Shown here: positions 9,632 through 19,775 of the stretch, in pieces
Layout: every line of letters starts with the position of its first letter
How positions within the stretch are numbered: the stretch's first letter is position 1
Source of the DNA: Bacteroidota bacterium
GTDB taxonomy: Bacteria > Bacteroidota > Ignavibacteria > UBA10030 > UBA6906
Direction: 5' to 3'
Length of the DNA: 64,000 nucleotides
NCBI GenBank assembly: GCA_020846365.1
Contig: JADLEA010000197.1
Coordinates: forward strand, 9,584 to 73,583
Translations under genes and position numbers: made by a program
Notes under the pieces: model-generated
Seen by the model: the letters and a program-made list of their open reading frames with translations, nothing else
Told to the model about the DNA's origin: nothing
Database searches by the model: none

Positions 9632-10729
9632 ATGTTCAGTAAGAGAATGCCGCTCATAGGATTCGTTTCCGTTGTCGCCGCGGGAGCCGGACTGATGTTC
9701 CTGCAGGGATGCGGAGGATCCGCGGAAGGCCACGGGTTCTCCATGCCACCCATGCCCGTCGAAGTCAGTAACGTCGTCGTGGAAAAGGTGGAGGACAAGT
9801 TCGAGGCCATTGGAACGATCGAGGCGATCGAGGCGATTACCGTCGTGGGAGAAATCGACGCCGCGGTGAAGAGTCTACCCTTCAAAGAAGGGAGCACCAT
9901 TCCCAGGGGCGGCCTCATCGCCCAGCTCGACGATGCGCAGCTCGCCGCCGAGGTCGCGCGGGCTGAGGCACTCCGGGCGCAGAGCCAGGCCACCTACCAG
10001 CGGGTAAAGAGCGTGGTGGATCAGGGTGCCGGAGCGCCGCAGGATCTGGACGACGCGGCGGCCGCGCTGAAGGTGGCAGACGCAAACCTGGACGTAGCCC
10101 GGGCACGGTTTGACAAGACAAGAGTTGTGGCGCCGTTCCAGGGCATCATCGGTGCCCGCCGGGTCAGCGTCGGTACGTTTCTCAGAGCCGGACAGGTGAT
10201 TGCTGACCTCGCGGATATCAGTCAGATTCGCGTGATCTTTTCTGCACCGGAACGATTCCTCTCGAAACTCACCCCGGGAGCCACCGTCACAGTCTCCAGT
10301 CCGGCCTTCCCTGGCTCGCATCTCAACGGACGCATCACCGTGATTGAGCCGATCATAGACCCGACCACCCGGAGCGCACGCATCGTTGCACAAGTGCAGA
10401 ATGTCGGCCTCAAGTACCGTCCGGGCATGTCCGCGAACGTTTCCGCCGTCTTGGGCGCGCGCCCAGACGCCATGACGATCCCCAGCGAAGCGGTGTTCGG
10501 CAGCGGCGATCAGTCCTTTGCCTTCGTGGTGAACCCCGATAGCACCGTCGCCCGCGCCGTGCTGACACTGGGCACCAGGTCCGCGAAATCCGTGGAGGTG
10601 CTGGAAGGGCTCAAGCCCGGTATGGTCGTCGTGCGGGCAGGGCACCAGAAGCTGTTCGAGGGGGGGAAGGTCTTCCCGATGATGAGCGAGCCCCCTGCCG
10701 GGAACGGCACAACACCCAAGGGGAACTAG
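9632..10729 (+). CDS. RND efflux periplasmic adaptor (membrane fusion protein), probable lipoprotein
   Basis: Lipobox-like LQGC, VAPFQGIIG, IDPTTRS, RPGMSANV, GLKPGMVVV. GAGGAG RBS. Confidence 0.9.
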   Translation: MFSKRMPLIGFVSVVAAGAGLMFLQGCGGSAEGHGFSMPPMPVEVSNVVVEKVEDKFEAIGTIEAIEAITVVGEIDAAVKSLPFKEGSTIPRGGLIAQLDDAQLAAEVARAEALRAQSQATYQRVKSVVDQGAGAPQDLDDAAAALKVADANLDVARARFDKTRVVAPFQGIIGARRVSVGTFLRAGQVIADLADISQIRVIFSAPERFLSKLTPGATVTVSSPAFPGSHLNGRITVIEPIIDPTTRSARIVAQVQNVGLKYRPGMSANVSAVLGARPDAMTIPSEAVFGSGDQSFAFVVNPDSTVARAVLTLGTRSAKSVEVLEGLKPGMVVVRAGHQKLFEGGKVFPMMSEPPAGNGTTPKGN

Positions 10730-10733
10730 CGTT

Positions 10734-13700
10734 ATGAAGATCAGCACCATATCCATTCAGCGTCCGGTCTTTGCGACCGTGATGAGCTTCGGCATCCTCC
10801 TGTTCGGCATCATCTCGTTCTCCCGGCTCCCCGTGCGCGAGTATCCGGACATCGATCCGCCTATTATCTCTGTCGTCACCTTCTACCGCGGCGCGAGTCC
10901 AAACGTCGTGGAAACCGAAATTACGAACGTCCTGGAAGAGCAGTTTGCGACCCTGGAGGGCGTCAAGACCATGACGTCGTCCAGTCGTGAACAGGGCTCT
11001 GTCATCACCATCGAGTTTGAATTGAACAGGGTGGTGGATGAGGCGGCGAATGACGTGCGGGACCGGGTATCACGTGTGCGCGGCAGCCTCCCGCGCGAGA
11101 TTGAAGATCCGGTGATCTCCAAGGTCGACGTCAATGCCCAGCCCATCGTCTGGCTCGCCCTTTCGAGTCCGGAACACAACGGACTGGAGCTCACCGACAT
11201 TGCGGACCGCGTGTTGAAGGAACGCATCCAGCGCCTCACCGGCGTGGGGTCGGTGTTTATCGGCGGTGAACGGCGCTATGCCATGCGCGTCTGGCTGGAT
11301 CCCTTGCGCATGGCTGCACACGGTCTCACGACGCAGGATATTGAGTCCTCGATCCGGAGAGAGAATGCCGAGATCCCCGGAGGACGCGTGGAAGGGGTGG
11401 AGCGCGAATTCTCCGTCCGCACGCGGGGAGAGCTGACCACACCCGAGGAATTCGGCGCGATCATCATCTCCCGGAACAACGATGATATTGTGCGGTTGCG
11501 CGATGTTGCGGAAGTGCAGGTGGGCGCCGAGGACGAACGGACCGTGGCACGGTACAACGGTCAGACTGCCGTAGGGCTCGGAATCGTGAAACAGTCCAAG
11601 GCAAGCACGGTGGATGTCGCGGCGGAAGTGCGGAAAGCGATGCCCGAGCTGGCGACGCTCCTTCCTGCGGGAATGCGATTGGATCTCGCATACGATTCCT
11701 CCACCTTCATCAACGAATCGATCAACGAAGTAGTCGAATCGCTCATCATCGCCGTCTGTCTCGTGGTCCTCGTCGTGCTGGCATTTCTGAAAAGCCTGCG
11801 GGCAACGGCTATTCCCACGGTGGCCATCCCCATCTCCATCATCGGCGCCCTGACGGTCGTGTACTTTGCAGGATTCACCATCAATATCCTGACGCTCCTG
11901 GCGCTCGTGCTCGCCATCGGTCTCGTCGTGGATGACGCGATTGTCGTGCTCGAGAATATCTACCGTCACATCGAACTGGGCAAGGACAGAAGGCGTGCGG
12001 CATTTGACGGGAGCAAGGAAATCGGCTTTGCCGTCGTCGCTACCACCATCACACTCGTCGCCGTCTTCGTGCCGCTGGCCTTCCTGACCGGCTCCGTGGG
12101 ACGGCTCTTCAACGAGTTCGGGATTACGCTTGCGGTCGCCGTTTTGATCTCGGGCTTCGTTGCGCTTACGCTCTCGCCGATGCTCTCGTCGAAGATCCTC
12201 CGACCGTTGCATGGCACGAGCGCACGATGGTCTTCGCGCTCCTTCGATGAGTTCTTTGACTGGCTCGACGACATCTACGGCAAGGCGTTGCGCTTCAGCC
12301 TGAGACACAAAGCTTTGATGATCACGGGAGGAGTTGCCACCATCGCGTTGAGCGTTTTGCTCTTCCGCATGCTCCCCAGCGAGCTCGTGCCTGTGGAAGA
12401 CCGCGGCGTGGGGTTCGGGATCGTCATCGCCCCTGAGGGCGCGACGCTCGAATACACCGACAAATACATGCGCCAGGTGGAACAGCGCGTGCTCGGACTG
12501 CCGGAACGCCGCGGGCTCTTTTCCGCCATTGGACTTTCGTTTGGCGGCCCGGGGCGCGTCACCAACGGCTTCATGTTTCTGGCGCTTAAACCGATGGGGG
12601 AGCGCGACAAGAGCCAGCAGCAAATCGTGCAGGAGCTGTTTCCTCAACTCCTGGCAATCCCCGGCGTCCTCGCTTTCGTCATCAATCCGCCCAGCCTGGG
12701 AGGATCCGTTAGCTTCAGTCCGGTGCAGTATGTGCTGCAGGCCGAGACATACGAAGAACTGAGCCAGGCAGTGGGAATCATGATGGGTGAGGCGTCCAAA
12801 CTCGGCTATCTGGTCAACATGGATACCGATCTGCGGCTGAACAAACCGCAGTTGGACCTGAACATTGACCGGGAACGTGCGGCCGGGCTCGGCGTTTCGG
12901 TGACCGATATCGGCACGACGCTCGAGACGATGCTGGGTGGCCGGGAAGTGACGACGTTCAAACGCGGGACCAAGCAGTATGACGTTGTCCTCCAGATGAC
13001 CCCATCCGCCCGCGCAACACCCGATGCCATCCGGGAGATCTATGTGCGCGGGACAGCCGGCCTCGTGCAGCTCGCAAATGTCGTCCACGTGGATGAAACG
13101 CTCGGCCCGAAAGAGCTCAATCACTACAACAGAGTGCGGTCGGCCACCCTGACGGCACAGCTTGTCCCGGGCGTGAGTCTGGGTCAGGCCCTCGACGATC
13201 TCGACCGCATCGTGGCGGAAAAGCTGCCCGCGGGCGTGAAGAGGGATTTTGCGGGCCAGTCACTCGAGTACAAGACCTCCAGCACAAGCCTGTACTTCAT
13301 GTTTGTGCTCGCCGTCATTTTCATCTACCTGGTGCTCGCGGCACAGTTCGAGAGCTTTGTCCACCCGTTCACCATCCTCCTGGCAGTCCCGTTGGCCGTG
13401 TTCGGAGCGTTGCTGACACTCTTCATCTTCGGACAGTCGCTCAACATCTACTCGCAGATCGGGCTGATCATGCTCGTGGGGCTCGTCACGAAGAACTCAA
13501 TCCTGATCGTAGAGTTCTCCAACCAGCTCCGAAGGCAGGGGAAGGCTCTCCTTGACGCCGTTATCGAGGCGGCGACAATCCGGCTGCGGCCGATCCTGAT
13601 GACCTCCTTCTCAACCACCTTCGGCGTTCTGCCCATTGCTCTGGGGCTCGGAGCGGGAGGTGAGTCGAGAACCCCCCTGGGCCTGGCCATCGTGGGCGGG

Positions 13701-13871
13701 GTGCTCTTTTCCACATTCCTGACACTTCTGCTCGTCCCCGTGTTGTACACGCTGCTCGCCCGCTTCACTCGGGCGTCGCATGTGGTTGACGAAGGCGCTG
13801 AGGAGGTCGAGAGGGAGGTCGCGGCAGACCGGCTCGTGAGAGTCCCCGTACCAGAGAAGGCCGGGGCGTAG
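10734..13871 (+). CDS. RND efflux permease (AcrB/MdtC-like)
   Basis: SIQRPVFA, LPVREYPDIDPP, GLVVDDAIVVLENI proton-relay motif, RLRPILMTS; 1045 aa. Confidence 0.95.
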   Translation: MKISTISIQRPVFATVMSFGILLFGIISFSRLPVREYPDIDPPIISVVTFYRGASPNVVETEITNVLEEQFATLEGVKTMTSSSREQGSVITIEFELNRVVDEAANDVRDRVSRVRGSLPREIEDPVISKVDVNAQPIVWLALSSPEHNGLELTDIADRVLKERIQRLTGVGSVFIGGERRYAMRVWLDPLRMAAHGLTTQDIESSIRRENAEIPGGRVEGVEREFSVRTRGELTTPEEFGAIIISRNNDDIVRLRDVAEVQVGAEDERTVARYNGQTAVGLGIVKQSKASTVDVAAEVRKAMPELATLLPAGMRLDLAYDSSTFINESINEVVESLIIAVCLVVLVVLAFLKSLRATAIPTVAIPISIIGALTVVYFAGFTINILTLLALVLAIGLVVDDAIVVLENIYRHIELGKDRRRAAFDGSKEIGFAVVATTITLVAVFVPLAFLTGSVGRLFNEFGITLAVAVLISGFVALTLSPMLSSKILRPLHGTSARWSSRSFDEFFDWLDDIYGKALRFSLRHKALMITGGVATIALSVLLFRMLPSELVPVEDRGVGFGIVIAPEGATLEYTDKYMRQVEQRVLGLPERRGLFSAIGLSFGGPGRVTNGFMFLALKPMGERDKSQQQIVQELFPQLLAIPGVLAFVINPPSLGGSVSFSPVQYVLQAETYEELSQAVGIMMGEASKLGYLVNMDTDLRLNKPQLDLNIDRERAAGLGVSVTDIGTTLETMLGGREVTTFKRGTKQYDVVLQMTPSARATPDAIREIYVRGTAGLVQLANVVHVDETLGPKELNHYNRVRSATLTAQLVPGVSLGQALDDLDRIVAEKLPAGVKRDFAGQSLEYKTSSTSLYFMFVLAVIFIYLVLAAQFESFVHPFTILLAVPLAVFGALLTLFIFGQSLNIYSQIGLIMLVGLVTKNSILIVEFSNQLRRQGKALLDAVIEAATIRLRPILMTSFSTTFGVLPIALGLGAGGESRTPLGLAIVGGVLFSTFLTLLLVPVLYTLLARFTRASHVVDEGAEEVEREVAADRLVRVPVPEKAGA

Positions 13872-14192
13872 GGTAAGAGGAAGACGCATACGCACGCGTG
13901 CTGTGTGGCGAAAGGAAATGAACATGCCGGCTTCGCTGATCAAGTGGCGCGGCCGGCATGAGTGTTTTTGCCCGCCTTCATGCCAAAACGCCTGGCGGAA
14001 CGGTCAGCTGCACGGCCCTCGTGCCCTATACAAACGATGTGAATGCCTCCATGGCAAACCCCTCAGCCCCAGACCTCTCACATGGCGGGGATGTGCGCGC
14101 ACCCTTGCCGCCTGCCCCTGTTGCGCAGAAGAACGGATGTCCGTACCTTTTGAACACACTTCCTATCGCACAACGTTCTCATCCGGCGCAGT

Positions 14193-14855
14193 ATGAAACC
14201 TGAGTCCACGTCATTGCGCACTCGCCCTGATCGCCGACCGCCCCAACCCGCAACAACGACCCTGCTCGTACGGAATATGGTATGCGACCGGTGCATCAAG
14301 GTTGTCCGCGATGAGCTTCAACGTCTGGGTCTGGATGTTCGCAGCATCACTCTCGGGGAAGTCGTTGTGACGGGAACGTTGGATTCCCGCAGAACGGGGG
14401 AGGTGAAAGAAGTGCTGCGGCAGAACGGGTTCGAACTCATCGAGGACAAGAGGACCAAAACAATCGAGCGGATCAGACACGCGGTGCTGAAGCTCGTCAG
14501 GGAAGAGCGGCAGACGAACGACCAACCGGCCAAGACCTCGGCCTTCATCGCCCGTGAACTCGGGCAGGAGTACCAGAGTCTGAGCGCGCTCTTTTCCACG
14601 ATGGAAGGCATGACGATTGAACAGTATGCCATCCTGCAACGCATCGAGCTGGTCAAAGAACTCCTGAAGTACGGAGAGCTTACCCTCAGCGAGATCTCCT
14701 ACAAAGTCGGTTATAGCAGTGTCCAGCACCTTTCGAACCAGTTCAAGAAAGTTACAGGTCTGACTCCCAGCCAGTTCAAACAGCTGGTCAGGAACACGCG
14801 TAAACCGCTGGACAGGGTTTCCTCCTCTTCAGAAACCTCCCGCGACCCGCAGTAG
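14193..14855 (+). CDS. AraC-family transcriptional regulator with N-terminal HMA-like metal-binding domain
   Basis: NMVCDRC (CxxC); C-terminal AraC HTH signature LSEISYKVGYSSVQHLSNQFKKVTGLTPSQFK; directly upstream of a Cu-ATPase. Confidence 0.88.
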   Translation: MKPESTSLRTRPDRRPPQPATTTLLVRNMVCDRCIKVVRDELQRLGLDVRSITLGEVVVTGTLDSRRTGEVKEVLRQNGFELIEDKRTKTIERIRHAVLKLVREERQTNDQPAKTSAFIARELGQEYQSLSALFSTMEGMTIEQYAILQRIELVKELLKYGELTLSEISYKVGYSSVQHLSNQFKKVTGLTPSQFKQLVRNTRKPLDRVSSSSETSRDPQ

Positions 14856-14951
14856 CTCTCCGAACGGGTATTAAAGAATCCTGAAATTGTATAACGCCTT
14901 CGGGGCTTGCCGACCGTATATTGGTGGTGTAACCATCAATGAGGAGAGAGT

Positions 14952-17219
14952 ATGAAGGCGGCGACACAAGAGAAAGCGAAAACCATCAGCCTCCCGGTGG
15001 AAGGGATGACGTGCGCCAGCTGCGTATTGCGCGTGGAAAAAGCCCTGAAAGAGGTGGAGGGGGTCCAGGACGCGGCAGTTAACCTTGCGTCCGAAAAAGC
15101 CAGGATCACCTACGACCCCTCGATTGCGTCGGTTCAGGCCCTCCGGAAGGCGGTTGAGGATAAGGGATACACCCTCGTTGTTCCGGATGAGAGCCCCGGG
15201 GCCGGCAAGGAACGCCCGGGGGGCACTCCCGATACCGTCTCGGCTTCCAAAGGGGAGGCGTTCAAGAAGCTGAGATCCGACACGATCCTGAGCGCAGCCC
15301 TGGCGCTGCCGATCATGGTCCTGAGCATGGTCAGCATGACCGACTGGTACATGCGCCAGGCACCGCTCTCCATGGAGACCACCAACAGGATTCTGTTTCT
15401 GCTCACCTCTGTCGTCATGTTCGTTCCTGGCAGGAGATTCTTCAAGAGTCTCTGGACGAACGTTCGCCATCGCACGGCCGACATGAACACGCTGGTCGCC
15501 GTCGGCACGGGCGCAGCGTACCTGTATAGCACGCTGGTAGTTCTTTTCCCTGAGGTTCTGGGCTCGTTCGGAAATGCGCACGAGGTGTACTTCGACACCG
15601 CGGCAACCATCATCACGCTGATCCTTTTCGGCAAGTTGATGGAGGCATCGGCGAAGCGGCGCGCCTCCGACGCAATCCGGAAACTGCTTGCCCTGCAACC
15701 GAACGTCGCGCGGGTACTCAGGGACGGGATCGAAACGGAGATTCCCATCGCGGATGTCGCTGTTGGCGATGTGATCCTGGTGCGCCCGGGAGAACGTATT
15801 CCTGTGGACGGCGTCATCACCAGGGGATTCTCCGTCATCGACGAATCGATGATGACAGGAGAGAGTCTTCCCGTCGAGAAGAAGGCAGGGGAGCGAGTGG
15901 TGGGCGGGACTGTGAATCTGAACGGCAGCATGGAGTTCAGGACAACCGCAATCGGCAAGGATTCTGTTCTTGCCCGCATCATCAGCCTGGTGGAAGACGC
16001 GCAGGGATCCAAGGCTCCCGTGCAGGGCCTTGCTGACAAAATTGCTTCGGTGTTTGTCCCTGCCGTCATCGCGATTGCGGCAATCACCTTCGTGCTCTGG
16101 TACACCGTGGGCGGGCTTCCGTTCACGCCCGCGCTCATCAACTTCATCGCGGTGCTCATCATTGCGTGTCCCTGTGCACTCGGGCTGGCGACTCCGACGG
16201 CAATCATGGTTGGGACGGGCGTGGGTGCGCGGATGGGAATTCTCATCAGGGATGCGGAAAGCCTCGAACGCACCCGCGAGGTCCGTACCGTGGTGTTCGA
16301 CAAAACCGGAACGCTTACCATGGGCAAACCCGAAGTGACCGGCGTCATCCCGCTGAACGGAACCACAGCGTCGCACCTTCTCACCATGGCCGCGTCAGCG
16401 GAGCGCCTGTCCGAGCATCCGCTCGCCCGTGCGATCGTCCGGTCGGCGGAACGCGATGGGATTCAACTCGAAGAAGCCGGCGCATTTCAGTCCATCACCG
16501 GCCTCGGCGTTGCGGCAGACATTCATGGAACGCCCGTGCTTGTCGGTAATCTCCCCTTCATGAAGGAGTATGCCATTCGGAGCGGTCCCGAAGTGGAAGC
16601 GGAAGTGATGCGCGCCGCGGCCCGAGGGGAAACTTCGGTGGTGGTCGCCATTGATGGCACCGTTGCGGGAGTGATTGCGATGGGAGACACGCTCCGGCCG
16701 ACATCCCCTGAGGCCATTCGCGCGCTTCAGGCTATGGGCCTGGAAACCGTGCTCCTTACCGGCGATAACGAGACGGCGGCGAAGGTCATAGCTGCAGGGG
16801 CCGGGATCGACACGGTGATTGCGGGAGTCCTGCCCGAGCAGAAGGCCGGGCATATCAAGGCACTCCAGAGCCGCGGAAAGATCGTGGCCATGGTGGGAGA
16901 TGGCATCAATGACGCGCCCGCGCTGGCGCAGGCAGACATCGGGATAGCGATCGGAACCGGGACCGACGTGGCCATGGAGACAGCGGGGATTACGCTCATG
17001 AACGGAGATCTCAGCGGGGTCGCCCGCGCATTCCGGCTCTCAGGCCGCACACTGCGGACGATCAAGCAGAATCTCTTCTGGGCCTTTATCTACAACGTCA
17101 TCGGGATTCCTCTTGCGGCCCTGGGAATGCTGAACCCCATGCTCGCTGCGTTCGCCATGGCATTCAGCTCCGTGAGTGTCGTCAGCAACTCGCTCCGCCT
17201 GAAGCGGTTAGGGGGTTGA
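14952..17219 (+). CDS. copA: Copper-translocating P1B-type ATPase
   Basis: GMTCASC metal-binding domain, [29 protein letters not shown] and MAFSS Cu(I) signatures. GAGGAG RBS. Confidence 0.95.
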   Translation: MKAATQEKAKTISLPVEGMTCASCVLRVEKALKEVEGVQDAAVNLASEKARITYDPSIASVQALRKAVEDKGYTLVVPDESPGAGKERPGGTPDTVSASKGEAFKKLRSDTILSAALALPIMVLSMVSMTDWYMRQAPLSMETTNRILFLLTSVVMFVPGRRFFKSLWTNVRHRTADMNTLVAVGTGAAYLYSTLVVLFPEVLGSFGNAHEVYFDTAATIITLILFGKLMEASAKRRASDAIRKLLALQPNVARVLRDGIETEIPIADVAVGDVILVRPGERIPVDGVITRGFSVIDESMMTGESLPVEKKAGERVVGGTVNLNGSMEFRTTAIGKDSVLARIISLVEDAQGSKAPVQGLADKIASVFVPAVIAIAAITFVLWYTVGGLPFTPALINFIAVLIIACPCALGLATPTAIMVGTGVGARMGILIRDAESLERTREVRTVVFDKTGTLTMGKPEVTGVIPLNGTTASHLLTMAASAERLSEHPLARAIVRSAERDGIQLEEAGAFQSITGLGVAADIHGTPVLVGNLPFMKEYAIRSGPEVEAEVMRAAARGETSVVVAIDGTVAGVIAMGDTLRPTSPEAIRALQAMGLETVLLTGDNETAAKVIAAGAGIDTVIAGVLPEQKAGHIKALQSRGKIVAMVGDGINDAPALAQADIGIAIGTGTDVAMETAGITLMNGDLSGVARAFRLSGRTLRTIKQNLFWAFIYNVIGIPLAALGMLNPMLAAFAMAFSSVSVVSNSLRLKRLGG

Positions 17220-17308
17220 GACCCCGGGCCCGCAACGGTGAAGCGTGCTCTCCCGATGCGGGCCATGCTTGTGCTTGCAAGATGTGCTCGTGCGGCATGC
17301 TCGTCGCG

Positions 17309-19543
17309 TTACTGCCGGCGGTCACCTGGAATCAGGAACTCGAGTGTTCCACCCTGTACAAGCTGTTCATGCCGGACAGCGGGTACCGGCAGCGGAGTGC
17401 CGTTCCAGATCGCCGCCGCGCCGGTTACGGGTGAATCGGGTCGTATCGCCTTGTGTATTCTCAGCGTATGCTGCCCGCCGTGCTGGTCCATGAGATCGAG
17501 TTCCACGGATTCGAAGAGCGGCACGCCGAGTCTATATTCATTTGAAGCCGGACAAGCGGGGTAGATCCCGAGCGCTGAAAAGACGAACCATGCGGAAATT
17601 GCCCCCGCATCATCATTCCCCGGCAGGCCGTCCGGGCCGATGCCGAAAGCAGTTCTGCAGAGATTGTCGACGATCTCCTGCGTGCGATGCTCCCAGCCCG
17701 GGAAATAGGTGAAGAGGTACGGATATGCGATATCCGGTTCATTGTTGATGGTGAAATGGTTGAGCCGGAAACAGGAATCCAGTTTCGACGCACACCGGTC
17801 TGTGCTGCCGAAGAGGTTGGCGAGGCCGGCAACGTCATGGGGAACAAACCATGTGTATGTCCACGCGTTTCCTTCGACATATCCAGGGCCTCCCGACCCT
17901 TCCCAGCTGCCGGATCCCTCGGTGGCGAGCGGATTAAACGGTACGAGCCAGGAACCGTTGCGAAGGCGTGGACGCAGGAACCCTGTTTCGTGATCGAAGA
18001 GATTCACATACAGGCCCGAACGCCGGTCCAGTGTCCCGGCCTGCTTCTGCTTGCCCATCGCATCTGCGACGCGCGCTGCGCTCCAATCGGCAACGCAGTA
18101 TTCCAGCATCGTTGAAACCGGCCCCCAGGTCCACCACGTCTGTGAAGTATCCTGATCGACGGGAATGAAACCCAATCGGACCATGTCATCGTAGCCCGGG
18201 CGGATGGAATCGGCTCCGGGTGTTGTCCCCTTCCAGAGAGCCGCGAACACGGCGGCTGTGTCGACACTGCGTAATCCCTTCATATAGGAGTCGGCGATCA
18301 CCGGCACGGCCGGATCGCCGACCATCATAGAGGTCTCGTTTCCACCCAGTTCCCATTTGGGCAGCCAGCCGGACTCAGTGTACATGTCCAGCATGGTCTG
18401 CACGATTGCAGTCTGACGCTCTGGATACAGAAGCGTGAGCAGAGGATGAAGGGTCCGATAGGTATCCCACAGGGAGAACACCGTATACCGGTTTCTCTGC
18501 CGGTATGTGCCGATCCCCTGGCGTCTCATCCTGGGGAATTCGCCGTTGACGTCGTCGATGATGTTCGGATGAATGCAGGAATGGTAGAGCGCGGTGAAGA
18601 GCTTGACGCGCGCTTCGCGGGAGCCACCGTGCGGTCTTACACGGTTCAGGACCGTGTTCCACGCCTGGCGGGATTCTGCGCGAACCTCGTCGAACGGTGT
18701 GTCGCCGATTTCTGTTTCCCTGTTCAGGCGGGCGTTTTGGGTGCTGACATAGGAGATGCCTGTGCGGACCTCGACGCTTTCTCCCTGTTTCAAAGAAAGC
18801 CGGAGCCAGGCACCGACCGGGCGTCCGTCGGCTGAAGCGGCGGGGTCGGGGAAAATTGTGGAATCAATCCATGTGCCTCTCGCGAGCGGAGTGGCTGAGA
18901 TGCGTACGGAGAAGAAAATGTCGTGACGGTTTGCTTCACCGCAGAAACCACCTCCGCGGTTCAAGCCCTCGAGGAGGGTCGTGTCCAGCCACGCAACGCT
19001 CCCGCCGCCAAGCAGACTCAGGCTCCGCCCGGCGTCAAGGAGGATGAAGACGTCGCCGTCAGTTTCCGCCTCAAACCGCGTTATCCCCGCTCTTTCGCTT
19101 GCCGTTGCAGAAACCCTGAGGTGCAGTCCGGGGAGACGCGCGGCATAGAACCCCGGCTCTGCGTGTTCATCCTCCATGGGTGTACGGTACATCTCGGGCG
19201 ACGTGCGAACCTGCCCCCGGGCGGCAGTGACGAGGACGCTGCCGAGATCTGCGCATCCGGTGCCGCTGAGGTGGACATGCCCCATGCCGTAGAACCAGGA
19301 CTCCCCATAGGTGTACCCCGAAGGGGTGAAGAGGTCGGTGTGCGGACTCACGGACACCATCCCCCATGGCCGCACCGCGCCGGGAAACGTGTTGCCGCCG
19401 CTCGTTGTCCCGACAAAAGGATTCACGTACTGGGACGGGTCTGCGGGATCGTGGGCCGAAGCGGGAAACAGGATGAAGAGGAGGACGATGCCGACCAGCA
19501 CAAGCGGGCCGGCGAACACAAAGGAAATGCCGCGTTGTTTCAT
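17309..19543 (-). CDS. GH92 family alpha-mannosidase
   Basis: YVNPFVGT, GNTFPGA, FSLWDTYRT, YVEGNAWTY, NNEPD, PGNDDAGAISAW. Signal peptide from ATG 19543 (MKQRGISFVF...). Confidence 0.92.
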   Translation of the reverse strand: MKQRGISFVFAGPLVLVGIVLLFILFPASAHDPADPSQYVNPFVGTTSGGNTFPGAVRPWGMVSVSPHTDLFTPSGYTYGESWFYGMGHVHLSGTGCADLGSVLVTAARGQVRTSPEMYRTPMEDEHAEPGFYAARLPGLHLRVSATASERAGITRFEAETDGDVFILLDAGRSLSLLGGGSVAWLDTTLLEGLNRGGGFCGEANRHDIFFSVRISATPLARGTWIDSTIFPDPAASADGRPVGAWLRLSLKQGESVEVRTGISYVSTQNARLNRETEIGDTPFDEVRAESRQAWNTVLNRVRPHGGSREARVKLFTALYHSCIHPNIIDDVNGEFPRMRRQGIGTYRQRNRYTVFSLWDTYRTLHPLLTLLYPERQTAIVQTMLDMYTESGWLPKWELGGNETSMMVGDPAVPVIADSYMKGLRSVDTAAVFAALWKGTTPGADSIRPGYDDMVRLGFIPVDQDTSQTWWTWGPVSTMLEYCVADWSAARVADAMGKQKQAGTLDRRSGLYVNLFDHETGFLRPRLRNGSWLVPFNPLATEGSGSWEGSGGPGYVEGNAWTYTWFVPHDVAGLANLFGSTDRCASKLDSCFRLNHFTINNEPDIAYPYLFTYFPGWEHRTQEIVDNLCRTAFGIGPDGLPGNDDAGAISAWFVFSALGIYPACPASNEYRLGVPLFESVELDLMDQHGGQHTLRIHKAIRPDSPVTGAAAIWNGTPLPVPAVRHEQLVQGGTLEFLIPGDRRQ

Positions 19544-19775
19544 CAGGGGGTGCTCCATGCGGATGTGCGCGAGCTCCGGGAACCGTGCAACATCAGGGCG
19601 GTTTGCACGATCGCGACGGCCAGCGAATGGTCTTCCGGTCGCCGGCACCGGTTCCCGGCGCAAAGCCCGTTGTGTGTCCGAGTGTAGAAGAAAGAAAACA
19701 GAAAGTCAAACGAACGGTTGCTTGTGACGTGATTGCGTGATACCATACGGGCGTTTCTACGGACAGGAGGTATGC

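Noticed and set aside
11070..13124. 684-aa minus-strand ORF, and similar long antisense ORFs at 31011-32978, 32755-34893, 36349-38202, 55366-57093 and 27381-28910
   Set aside because: These are shadows of well-supported + strand genes in GC-rich DNA, with no recognisable motifs.
13958..14203. 81-aa ORF in the RND-AraC spacer
   Set aside because: No RBS or motif; it competes with the Cys-rich ORF, which has better start and stop context.
7920..17219. RND triad as a Cus-type copper efflux system linked to copA
   Set aside because: The permease looks like an HAE1/MdtC-type pump, and I did not recognise CusA-type metal motifs. Adjacency alone is insufficient.
19700..19725. CAAACGAACGGTTG in the GH92/NagX divergent spacer as a third LacI operator
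   Set aside because: Only a half-site matches; the palindrome is not preserved.
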